A DNA stretch of 64,000 nucleotides from Octopus vulgaris (taxonomy: Eukaryota), in assembly GCA_951406725.2 (NCBI GenBank), contig OX597831.1, positions 83,514,001 to 83,578,000 on the forward strand, written 5' to 3'. Below are positions 40,670-52,685 of the stretch, in pieces. Within the stretch, counting starts at the first letter, position 1. Each line of letters opens with the position of its first letter. Made by a program: the position numbers and the translations under genes. The notes beneath the pieces were generated by a model. It was not told the origin of the DNA and searched no databases. It saw nothing but the letters and a program-made list of their open reading frames with translations.

Positions 40670-41544
40670 CAGGCTGTATAAGATATCTTAGAACAGATTT
40701 ATGTTTATAAATACGCAGATATATAACAGATAATAACTTTATTTAGCAAAAAATGCTATGAGGACAAAAATATTTTCTATAATGTTATTCAATAAAGCCA
40801 CCTTCAGCTTCAACAACTGCTTCTAAATGAGATCTAAATCATCTACATGCTCGAATCAAGTGGTCCTGGTTCATTTTGGACATTACTCTGACTATGGCAG
40901 CTTTCAAAGAATCTTTGGTGTTATGGGCGTGTTCATTGACCTCTCTCTCAGCAACGCTCCACATGTAATAAATAGTCCAATGGATTGCGATCTGGAGAAT
41001 TGGGAGGCCAAATGTTAGCGGTTATGTGATCATGAAAGTTTTCAGCCATCCATTCGTGTGTTACTGGAGCCATGTATAACAGTGCAGAGTCTTACTGAAA
41101 CACATGTGGCCTTCCATTGCATACAATGTCTATCCAGGGATTAATAAAACTTTTCAGGACCTCAATGAGGCGGCAAAGTTAATTCTAAGTCCCCGTGGAA
41201 AGAAGTAAGGAGGCATCACATTGCTGACAACCTCTGGATAAATTCAGGTATTCTAATGATTTCAGAGTGTTTAGAATGCTTTTTATGGTTTGATACTGGT
41301 AACATTTCCCATCTTCAGTCTGTAGCTCCTTACAAACTTTGTAGATGAAAGATCTGGCAACTTTTAAAAATTGAGATATTTCTAAATCGCTATACTCAGC
41401 CTTTATAGCAACAATAACAGCATGCCTTCTCATTTCTTGAGTAAGCTGAGGGTCAGCCATTATAATTTTCTGAAACAACGATTATAGAGAGTTAGCAAAA
41501 AATGCAGCAATGACTCAAAAAATGGTATGTCCTTACGCACCCTG
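40670..41544 (-). mobile_element. Internally deleted maT (DD37D-type) transposon
   Basis: Right end CCTTACGCACCCTG|TA is the reverse complement of the 11061 terminus, and the left end is TA|CAGGCTGT. MADPQLTQEMRRHAV is homologous to the 11152 ORF. Confidence 0.88.
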
Positions 41545-41658
41545 TATATATGTATATATATATATAGTAAGAGGAGGGATATGATATCGAGGCAGATACT
41601 TGGACTATTTATTATGAATAAACTAACTGTTCAAATTCTTCATTCTTTTCATTCTCTT

Positions 41659-41721
<63 letters not shown>

Positions 41722-42160
41722 GGAAGGGGGGAGGTGATTTACTTTCATTCACCCTTTGAATTCGTTGGTACTGGTAAGGCTCACGCTCGCTCTGATACCA
41801 TGAGTTGAGGTGATGTCTTCTAGTGCCTTCAAATTTAATACACAATTATTAATAATTGAGACGCAATTATTTATAATTGAAGAATCCTACGCTGAGGAGG
41901 AAAATAGTCAGGTAAGACATAATTATTTAATTTTTATGCTCTGAATTGACTTGATTCCGAAACGTACGTCCGTAGGTGACTTAATATAGAAAGATTTCCG
42001 TCATTTCTTTCTCTTTTGCCTGCGTAGTTTGTTTTTTAAAGTGCTTTGGTTTTACTGGGATCGCCCTTTTAAGTAGAAAGAATAGCCAAAACTTTTTGAC
42101 TGCTATTTCTAAATTCGGTATGTGGTGAGGCAAATCGTTGCTGAACCCCTTAATTAATTA

Positions 42161-42216
<56 letters not shown>

Positions 42217-42220
<4 letters not shown>

Positions 42221-42733
42221 TAAAAATAGGATAAAATCTTAATAAGAAATTATCAGGTAGTTAGCGTGAAAAACCTCATAAGAGAAAAAATCTGTAAATT
42301 TTTTCACTTAAAAATATTTATTTATATTATATAGAGGGCATTATTACACATAAATGCCACACGCTAGGAGGGACTTTTAAAGTCATAACTACCAAAAATA
42401 AACAAATCGTACCGAATGCAATTCTCGAAGCGAGTCATTTAAAAACAGAATTTAGTTCCAGATCACCTGTGATTTCAAAATTAACGTATTATCTATGTCT
42501 CTTGCTCTTTAGTGAAACGAATTCAAAATATATCATGAATGAACAAAACCAACATACCAGGCGGAACCAGACAGACAGCCGTCGCCTCCATCCTAGCACA
42601 TGAAAATGTTCACCCCTCATATATTTATGTAAATGGCGGGCTTTTTCGAATTGCATTTCGGTAAGAAACGTGCTTCTTCGGAACAAATTAAAAATAGGAT
42701 AAAATCTTAATAAGAAATTATCAGGTAGTTAGC

Positions 42734-42735
<2 letters not shown>
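42217..42735 (-). mobile_element. Second retrozyme-like copy: 468 nt unit plus 51 nt terminal redundancy, degenerate HHR
   Basis: 42217-42267 is repeated at 42685-42735. Homologous to 1633-2290. HHR at 42455-42518 (GTTTCA-CTAAAGA...GAAA-TCACAGGTGA-TC-TGGAAC), flanked by (TA)n. Confidence 0.75.
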
Positions 42736-42795
<60 letters not shown>

Positions 42796-43886
42796 GACTG
42801 GTTTAAAATATCCCACATAAGCGACGAGTTATAGAAGAAAATAAAGTAAGTGCATAATTCCTTTTGTACTGAGTTAATATAACAATGAGAAATCTAGCTC
42901 CTTTGTTCCGATCAGAATATCGGCAGCTACCACACAAACACACACACACACACACACACACAATGCGCGCGTGCTTATTGCCCTTGGTTCTGACAAAGAT
43001 TTTATATTTTCAAGAAAATCTAATCCAATTTCTTGTGAAAGTGTTGTTTCTGCAAATAAAATAGATTTACTGACTTTTTATTGATTATAGTCAAAGGGGT
43101 CATGCAGTAAGTTTGCTATGAAGTGGAAAGGTTGCATGCATAACTGCCTTCTAAACTGACGTTCAATTGTCCTCTGCCACCTTTTTTTCTTTTTTACGGT
43201 TGTACAGTTGCTGAGTATCAAAGTTATTGTTATGCGTAATGGTTGCTTGGCAGATTTCTCCTATTAAGGTCTATATAATGTTTCATTATGCATGAAGGAA
43301 TCATATGCTGTGACCAACACTAAAGAGTCGTCGTAAAAGCATTACTTTAAAAACATTTTAACTCTCAAAATATCCATTTTCTAACTCTCAATCGCATATT
43401 CTTCTCGTATGTTTTCAATTGTCTCCAATTACTTGTCGATAGCTGAACTGTTCATTACTCGTTCCCACCTTCCTTACAGTCCCCATCGTCTGCTCAACTT
43501 ATTTGACTACCGCGCTATATTGTCACCTCCTTAAACTTTTTCATTGTAATGCACAGCTTAACAATCGTTGCTAAACTATTTAGCGATATCGAGAAGATTC
43601 CAAAACTGGAGATCATTTGCAGCATACAATTTTAGGTCATCCAAGAAGAGACAATAGATAAATATAGTACTCACCCCTCTCTCTCCCCCACCCCTTTTCT
43701 ATCTATCTAGCTATCTATCCACCTATTTTTCTTTCTTTTCCTCACTTTCATATATCTCTCTCTCTCTTTCTGTCTCTCTCTTTCTGTCTCTCTCTCTCTC
43801 TCTATCTGCCAGTCGGTCTCCCTATTACTCTCTCTCTCTCTTTCTCTCTCATTGTTTCTCACTCACTCACTCTCTCTCTCATTCAT

Positions 43887-43935
<49 letters not shown>

Positions 43936-44009
43936 ATGCTGGTTATTATTATTAACCAACTTGGAAGGTAATAGATTAAAGATTAGCCTAATCGTTAAAG
44001 CGTTGGATA

Positions 44010-44172
44010 TAATAACTTGCGTTTTGAGTTCAAATTCCGCTGAGGTAATCTTTGTCTTTCATCTTTCAGGGTCGATAAAGTTATTTTCTAATCGGGTACT
44101 GGGTTCGCTTTAATTGATTAACTTCTCCCCTTATATTTCTGTCCTTGTACTTATGTTAGACATCATTATTAA
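44010..44172 (+). mobile_element. tRNA-derived SINE (Nin/Deu-like core)
   Basis: GAGTTCAAATTCCGCTGAGGT..CTTTGTCTTTCATCTTTCAGGGTCGATAAA. Confidence 0.7.
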
Positions 44173-44707
44173 CCAAGTGAAAGACACTAAACAATGAAAG
44201 TACTACGAATGCTGACCTTGTGGAACATCATATTCCCGCGAGGATGGTGTTTAAAGCCACAGTAATGAAGTCCAACAACTGGACACCATTCCAGTGTTGT
44301 CTCAATGATGCTCACTATGTTCTTTTCAAATTGATGCACTTCCGGCATTAACATAGCCATAAAAAAACAAATGAAGGGGTCTTCTAATCAATTCGGGCTC
44401 ATGCCATGTACTTTTTGCATAATTCAGCCTCACCCTGTTCACAATGAAGTGGTTGGCTGAGACAGAGACCTTGGGCAAACGCCACTACAACTCTACAAAA
44501 ACAACACTGCTTTTAACAGATGTTTAATAATCCTGTTGGAAGGTGTTTGGGGAGTTAGCGTATGGATTAGCGGCAGACAAGTGACACAACAGAAGTTAGA
44601 TTGGTCATCTATTGATCCTTTCTTTAGGACAATTGTTGTTCTACCGATGTGGAACCATCTAGTCTATTATTTCAGATTGTTAAGAGAATGTTGAAATCTG
44701 TTACACA

Positions 44708-44708
44708 G

Positions 44709-44772
<64 letters not shown>

Positions 44773-44798
44773 GGATAGATAGATAGATAGATAGATAT

Positions 44799-44883
<85 letters not shown>
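44708..44883. repeat. (GATA)n microsatellite
   Basis: Directly visible. Confidence 0.97.
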
Positions 44884-47317
44884 CCCAATATAGGTAGAAT
44901 TAACAAAAAGTACTTGATTCAGTAAGAGATAGATTTCAATTTAATATACAATTGAAAGAGCTATAAATGATTTCATGCTTTTATAATACTTTAACTCGGC
45001 TAAATTATAACTCGGCTAAATTATAAAATACGACAGGTATCTCCAAGTAATCTTTCAGGCCCTGATTATGCGTTATATATATTTTAAAAACAAAGGACGC
45101 CGGACAGTGAGAAAATAAGAAAAAAAAACTTGGAAAAAAATGCGAAGAAGTTTGATGCAAAACAAAGAAGGAGAAGAGAGAAGCAAAAAGCTAAGATCTC
45201 CGTTCTCACTGATTGCAAAAACCTCAATTAATGCAGCTGGTTGTCAAAGTCCAAGAGACAGCAACTCAATCCTGAGTCGGTGACATAGAAAAAAATATGT
45301 CCAAAGTCTACAAAACAGCAACTCAGTCCGGAGTCGGTGAAGTAATTTTTAAATCATTCAAATTTTACCATAGATCTAATTTCTGTAAAGCAATTATTTC
45401 TAATTCTCGCTAACATATAGTTTAGATATCAGGTATTATAAGAGCCTCACTTAATTAAATCAGTCTATTCACAATATCATCGATATATGTGTTTAGCCTT
45501 TATTTTTTAGATCCTCAGTCTCTCCTTCATTTCGTATTTAACGATTCCCACCTAGATTATAACTAATAGAATATCCTCACAGTTACAACACTCTTGTAAT
45601 TAGTAGAACACCTCTACGCCGTTTCTTCGCGTGGACAAAGTAAATTCATTTACACATCTTTAATTATAAATTACAAATGTTTCCGTACCATCTCCATTTG
45701 CAATGCCAGTTTACGCAAAAATTCTAAAAGAAAAATTACGTAATAGTTGCGGCTTCAGGCTTTGGAGAGGCACTTCCTTAGACTTGCATCAAAGGCGTCC
45801 TATTACATTGAGCGTCTATCAGACCTTGTTGTTAGGAAAGTACCGGGAGGAAATAAAAAAGAAAAAATTGTGTTTACGGGATGAGCTTGTAAGGAAGATA
45901 TTATGTAGCGGCGGGAAATAATAGGAGGGAGAGGGGGAAGGAGGGGGGAGAAAACGAATAGAAGAAGGCGATAGAAATGTTGAAGGACACACATACAGGA
46001 GCGGGTGCAGAAAAGTTTCTGACTTCTGTAAAAGAAAATATAGGAGGATCCGTTGATTATGATTTTATTCAACATGTTCCCCTCTTCGAGTCACATATCT
46101 ATTGCAACGGTCCTTCAGTTTTTCTAAGCCCTGTAAAGGAACTCGAAATGTTAGGTCTCCATCCAGGACTTTCGCGACACCCTTAAAGCCAGGAATTTTT
46201 CAGCACCCCCTCATATATATACATGCGCATATCTTTAATCTTACCTGTAATGGGTGTGTGTATATATATGTATGTGTGTGTATACATACACACGCGCTCA
46301 TACACACACGAGCCATCTACTCAAACGTTCTTGAACACATACATGCATATACAAAAACGAACATCCGTATACAAGTCATGATATATAACTAAGCAGTAAC
46401 TTGAATATAGGCACACGAATCAGACGAGCTTCACATATACATTTGCGTACATTATATTTCTTCTCTCCTAAATAAATAGTTAAGCGACTGTTATAAGTGA
46501 ACTGAATGAGGCCAGAATTTGATTAACAAAGCTGGAGGTATTGAATAAAATATCAAAAGCTGGAATTTATTCAATAAAATAGATTTCTATTAAATAGAAA
46601 ACACGTATTCGTGTACGAGCGATAAAGAAATAAAATAAAATCTGTTGGAGACAGTAAACATGGCGGAAATAAAGTTAATGTCTTTTTAAAATGATTAGTT
46701 GTGTATATTTAAAAGAGTAACTTTAATTTAATGTTGAATGCCGTATAACTTGCCTTGGATTACGTAAATATAATTGCTATATTTTATTTAGACGATGACA
46801 TGCAAGTCGACGAATAAGTAGACAACTAAAGTGGAATAAAGAAACCTAGTTATAAGGATTTCAGCACGAACGAAGCACTCGTATATATCTATGACTGATA
46901 TTAAAAGGATTCAGTCGTATGTAGCGCACAGCTGTAAATAGTTGTACAAGTGACAAATGTTTCGTAATAATGGTGGAGTAAATTCAGGTTAATCGTGGGT
47001 TCCGATGTTCAACACGACACTACTGCATTCAATTCTATCAAATCTACTTTCGAATAGGTAAGAAAATAAATACTCTCTGGTCAATATATATGGACAGCTA
47101 ATATTAATGTTTCGTGTATCAGTTAGTAAAACCAATATTGACATAATCAAACAAGAAATTCTAATATTACATCCCATTGATGGAGTTTAATTTAATTCTG
47201 ATGAACAAAGGTGGGGATATAACCCTGAAATCTTTAAATTCAAAATAGAATGGGAATGATGCAATAAGGAATAAGTGTTATCTTTGCAGCAGGATGGCAG
47301 TTCTAGGCATTATTTAA

Positions 47318-47949
47318 GAGATGAGGAATTATGTACATTATTTACATTTAGCGGATATTTGTCCTCGTTTTGTTTGTTTCGGCTGATATACCTTCCAGCC
47401 TTCATCAGGTGTCTTGGGGAAATTTCAAACCTGGATTCTCATTCCTAAGGTATTTTTCGATGTTGTTTTCATTATTATTATAATTATTATTATTATTATT
47501 CAGGTTACTGCCTGGAATTGAACTCGGAATCTTGGGGTTAGTACCCCGCACTCTTAACCACTACGCCATATGCTCGTGGTCAATTATGGAGTGAATTTTA
47601 GGGCTTATAAATCTAATATTCTCCTATCCTTCCTAAAAACCGGTTCCCATATGCTGTTCATATCTGTACTCGGTCTGCTTAGGAGGTTGTTGAGACCTAG
47701 CATATGTGCTGATGCTTTTAGTTTTCGCATTTTCCAGTGGTGTTCCCTGTCTATTATCTTAACTTCATCCCACAGAGGGAGGTGGTCTCCATTTTTCCAT
47801 ACATGATCAGCTATAACCGATTTATCAATATCTCTCCGTGTCACAGCTTTGCGATGTTCCTCTACCCTTATTTTAAGGAGGCGGCATGTTTCGCCTTTAT
47901 ACAACCTACCACAGCTGCATGGGATGGAGTACACGCAGTTCTTGGTCAT
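47318..47949 (-). mobile_element. Penelope-like element 3' end: GIY-YIG endonuclease, tRNA-like sequence, (AAT)n, HHR remnant
   Basis: ORF 47605-47949 CVYSIPCSCGRLYKGET...RVEEH...IADH. tRNA-like sequence at 47503-47575. HHR at 47376-47412 lacks its cleavage-site segment. Confidence 0.88.
47503..47575 (-). promoter_or_regulatory. tRNA-like sequence / internal Pol III type 2 promoter
   Basis: TGGCGTAGTGG A-box, GAGTTCAATTCC B-box, and anticodon-arm-like GGGG-TACTAA-CCCC. The acceptor stem is imperfect, so it is not called a functional tRNA. Confidence 0.7.
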
Positions 47950-49922
47950 ATGGGAGTTTCAGGTTATCCTCTCTTCCGAAGTGGATTAACTCAAATTTGT
48001 CTTCGTTCTTTTCCGACCATTGGATGACAGCCAGTAGATCTGACTGAAGGCATGCCCGGTCATCCAGTTCATTGATGACCTTGTGGATCTTGGAATCATC
48101 TGCAATGATTTTTGTTACTATGCTTGATGTCAGTAATGTCATTGATATAGAGGAAGAAAGGAAGTGGGCCTATTGACTTTGGCTGGGCTTGATTTCAGTG
48201 TCTTCCCGTTCTGGCATTGGTGTAGCTTTCAATGCCAAAATTTGGCACAAGTCCTTCCAGGATCTTCCAGATGTATATTACTGCACACCTCTCCCACCTT
48301 CTCTCCAGGGAGTAGAACTTTAGCTGTTTCAGCCTTTTCCAGTAGCTGAGCAGTTGCAAAGAGACGATCTTCTTTGTGAATCTTCTCTGGGTTACTTCAA
48401 GGTCCACTGTTAATTTTACACTGGTGGGTGACCATAGCTGTGAGCAGTAATCCAGGCGGCTGAGGACGAATGGCTTCCAGAGGACCATCATGGTTTCCTT
48501 ATCTCTGGTTCTGAATGTTCTCAGGATCCATTTAGCCAGTCGTCTGCACTTTGTCGCGATCCTGGTAATGTGTACTTGAAAGAGGTATCATCACTTATGT
48601 TGATACCCAGGTCCCTCACTGATTTAGGCTCTGGGATTGAAATTCCCTGTGGACCAGTGTACCCTGTAAGTTCCATATTCAGTTTCGGACGCTGGTAGCG
48701 CAGGGCTTGGAATTTTTCAGCATTAAACTGCATATTATTATCCTCAGCCCATCTGTAAATTGAGTCCAACACCTGCTGCAGATGTGCAATATCGCTGGAG
48801 TTCCGTATTTTCTGAGAGACTTTCGTATCATCTGCATAGCTTGCAAGGGGGGGGGGGTATCCGGGCACTTGAGAGCATATCTGAGAAGGCCACTATAAAA
48901 AGCAGAGGTCCCAAGACAGTGCTCTGTGGAACACGGCTCACTATTAGTGTTGTCATAGAGGTGGCTCCATCCTGACTACAGCCTGACTTCTATCTTTCAG
49001 AAAGTCATGTAACCACTCTCCAAGTTTTCCAGCTATGCCGAGATCATACTTTGTCAAAAGCTTTTGCAAAATCAAGGTATATTACTTCCACATTTGATTT
49101 GTTGAGTAACTGCCTCAACACCCAGTCATAATGCTGGAAGAGCTGGGTCAGGCAGCTCCTACCTGGTCGAAAGTCATGCTGTGTATCACTCAGCAAGTTA
49201 TTTTCTTCAAAGAATGCGATTAGTTTCCCTCTGACTATCCGTTCCATGACTTTGCAGATGTGGGAAGTCAGAGAAATAGGCCTATAGTTTTTAGCATCTG
49301 CTCTGCTTCCCCCTTTATGGATTGGGCATATAATTCCCTCCTTCAGCTTGCTTGGCAGTTTGACATTTGCAAGAAAGCTCTGGAAGAGAATCTGGAGGGA
49401 TTTTGCCAGGGCATGCTTACACGATTTGAAGAGGATTGCTGGGAAACCATCAGGACCAGCAGTTGAGTTTGTGTCCACTTCATCTATGGCTAGTAGAATA
49501 TCTTCTTCGCTAATATCGATGTATTCCATTGTAATTGCCTCGCTGGTTATAGGTGAGGCGGCAAAGAAGTCCACTGGTTCGTTCACTTGTCTGTGTTCCA
49601 ACGGGGTGATAAAGACACTTTTGAACTGGTCATTCAGTACCTCACTAATCCTAGTTGGACTGTCTTTGAGGGAGCCATCCTTTTGGAAGAGGGGTCCTAT
49701 CTTGCAGCGTACTGAGGCTGTTTCTTTCGCGTAATGAAAGACGGCCTATGGGTTTGATTTAATGTTTTTTATAAGCCAGGCTTCTTTGTCTGCTTTCTCT
49801 TTCACGTAGGATTGTTGCAGGCTTTTTTCAATCTCCATCAGTGTTGTTTTTAGGCAGGACCTTTCGCTACTTTGGGGATGTTGGTTGAGTCAATTTGCAA
49901 CCTTCGTCCGTCGGCTCATGAC
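47950..49922 (-). mobile_element. CR1-group LINE ORF2 fragments
   Basis: AGPDGFP, NYRPISLTSH, YLDFAKAFDKV, YADDTKV and SRLDYCSQLWSP. A separate ADDSKI piece lies at 47950-48150. Confidence 0.9.
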
Positions 49923-50180
49923 CTGGAACACACAAAAATAAACAAGAGAGACAGACAGAAACAAGGAAAATGTCCCTTGTATTTGAATGCTATGCAAATA
50001 TTCTTTTAAAATACTTTTCTTTTAATTTTTCCAAAATTGAAATGTTTTCCATACTAAAAGTTGAAAAAAGTCTCAATCACTGAAACTGGTACTGAAATGT
50101 TTTTTTAGAAAAATATTTTAGCATTTTCAACCTTCACCTTTTTCCATATATGTCAACTCGTGTGCTCCTTTTCAGCCTTC

Positions 50181-50270
<90 letters not shown>

Positions 50271-51029
50271 AGATGGCGCCGAAGTAACAAGACGTGTGTT
50301 AATGTGTCTCTCCTAAAGTTTAAAAAGACCTTCAAGAGATCGATGTTATCAGAAGTGAAATTTGTCAGTAAAGCAAATATAAGTGAAAGTACGACAAGAC
50401 ACTGTATTTGAGAAGAATATTTTCGCTTTTGATATAGTATTTGTGACTAGAACATACCTCGCGTACATACATACCTAGCGAGCACATGTGTTGAAAGCAC
50501 GTGTGTTACTTCCTGAAGTCAAAGTGAATTTTTGTCTGTGAAGCAACGACAAGGCACTGTAGTTTTGAGAAGTATATTTTCGCTTTTGGTGTCGTGTATC
50601 TGCATATTTTGAAAATTTGCTGCCTAATACCAAATTGCTTAAGAAAATTTGAAACTTTTTGCATATACGAACATCGGAACTCTATTCTTTTCTTTTGTTT
50701 ACAAAATACAAGTAAGGAATACAGGAATATCGAAGATCTGTCTTTTTATCTTTCTTTCTTTCTTTCTTTCTTCTAAAACGGAGTGAAAGGTAAGAAGAAT
50801 ATTTATTATTAGTGTTTCTCTCAACCAGAAGATAAAAAAAAAGCGAAAACAAACAAAAAAAACATTATTTATTATTATTAATAATCGACGCTCTTACGGT
50901 TCTAAGATCGCCTAATAATACATAGATATAATCGCGATTATAGATATAAAAGATATAAAAATACGCGCTATTTCATCTTTAACACTTTTGTTTGTTTATA
51001 GACTCGTATATTGATTCGTCCGTGGTACA

Positions 51030-51775
51030 GTTTCTCTCTCCCTCTCTCTCTCTCTCTCTGCCATCGTTTCTCTTTCTGCATCTCTCTCTCAGATCAACTT
51101 TCTCACATCTCACCCCCTCTCAGTTCCTCTACTTCACTCTTTCTCTCTTGTATCTATATCCCGCCCTCTCTCTTTTTCTCTCTGTTACTCTTCCTCCCTC
51201 TCTCTGCCTCTCTTCTCTCCGCTCCTTCACAGGTCAAACCCCTTTCCCTCTTCTCCTTCTATCCCCTTATTTCTTTCTCTAAACCACCCTCCCTGTCCTT
51301 TTACTACACTCTCTTGCACCTCTGTCGCAGCCCCTCTTTCCCTCTCCCCTTTTTTCCTACCTTTCCTCTCCCTGCTCCCTCTAAGGCTCACCCCCTTGTC
51401 TCTTTTTCCTCTCTCTGTCTCCTTCCCCCACACCACCCTCTCTGTCCCTTTACTTCACTCTCGTGTACCTTTATCCCGCCCTCTCTCTCCCTCTCCATTT
51501 TTCCCTCTCCTCTTCTTTCCCTGCTCTCCCTAAGGTCCATCCTCTTGTCTCTCTTTTCCTCCCTGTCCCTTTACTTTCTCTCTACTACACCTCTATCCCG
51601 CTCACTCTCCCTCTGTTGACCTGCCATTCTTTCTCGTTTCTCTCAGGACAAACCCCTCGTCTTTCTCTCTCTCTATTCCCCCCTGGCTTTTCTCCTTTCT
51701 CCTCTCCCTCTCAGGTCAACCATCCTATCTTTCCTTCTCTCCCTCTGTTCCTATATTTCACTCTCACTGTATCTC
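51030..51775 (+). repeat. Polypyrimidine (CT-rich) low-complexity tract in the LINE 5' UTR
   Basis: Recurrent TATCCCGC and CAGG(T/A)CAA motifs within a CT-rich tract. Confidence 0.85.
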
Positions 51776-51783
51776 GGGCGAAA

Positions 51784-52685
51784 ATGTCAAGAAACTGGTC
51801 TGCGAGAGAGTTGCAACTGTTAATCCGCGCCTGGAAGATTGCAGAGGGCGACTCGCCAAACAATATCATTGCAGCGGCGCTGAAGAGCAATAATTTTTCA
51901 AGGACCACCGCCCAGATAGAGCGAAAGAAACGAGAATTTCTCCGGTCATACGTTCTAATCAGGCAACACATAGACACTCTGGACATCATCCTAGGAGGTG
52001 ACTGCCCCAGTGAAGGCCAAAAGGATGAAGAAAACATCCAGGACCCAACAAAAGACAAAACCGAGGAACCTAGAACAAAGGGAAACAATGACACATGTCC
52101 AGCTCCCAACACAACTGAAGACCAAAGAGGTGCGATGGCCGCAAAAAAAGAAAAACACCCTAAAACTGATGAGAAACAGGAGGTTAAAAGACAAGAAAAT
52201 AAAAGCTAAAACAAACCCTGTTCAGAAAAAACAAAAGAACCCCAGCAAGAACTATAAGGGAAAAGGCAGAAACATCTGCAAATTCTACCTGAAGGGGGAC
52301 TGCTGGTACGGCGTCGAAGGTGCGAACTGTCGCTTTGCACATCAGAAGCCCTACCAAAACCGCTCGGACACAAGACAAAAACCCCTCCCTCGGGGAGAAC
52401 AAAAAGAAAAAGAAAAAGAAAAATATAAAAGAAGGAAAAATAGCGCACGGACCACTGAAAGACGATATGCAGATGTGGTTCGCGGTAACCCAACAAATGA
52501 CCAGCTTCACCCAGTTTGCTGAACAGCAAACGTTTTTGTGCATGGCACAAAAAATTGTTCAGCAGCTGACATGGCTACAAGCACAAAGCTGGAACTACCA
52601 CCACATAAGGCCACCACCAACAGATGCAGGATGGCCACCACTGACACCAACACCAAGACACACACCACAAAATTATTTCTACTGA
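51784..52685 (+). pseudogene. CR1 ORF1 with Myb/SANT-like N-terminus and CCCH zinc finger (frameshifted)
   Basis: MSRNWSARELQLLIRAWK...RTTAQIERK and ICKFYLKGDCWYGVEGANCRFAH. Confidence 0.65.

Noticed and set aside
46125-46160. CTCGAAATGTTAGGT resembling a hammerhead 3' half
   Set aside because: The upstream core (CTGTAAA) and stem II are too degenerate to support a call.
51011-51619. 202 aa Leu/Ser/Pro/Phe-rich ORF resembling a membrane protein
   Set aside because: An artefact of the CT-rich tract in the LINE leader.
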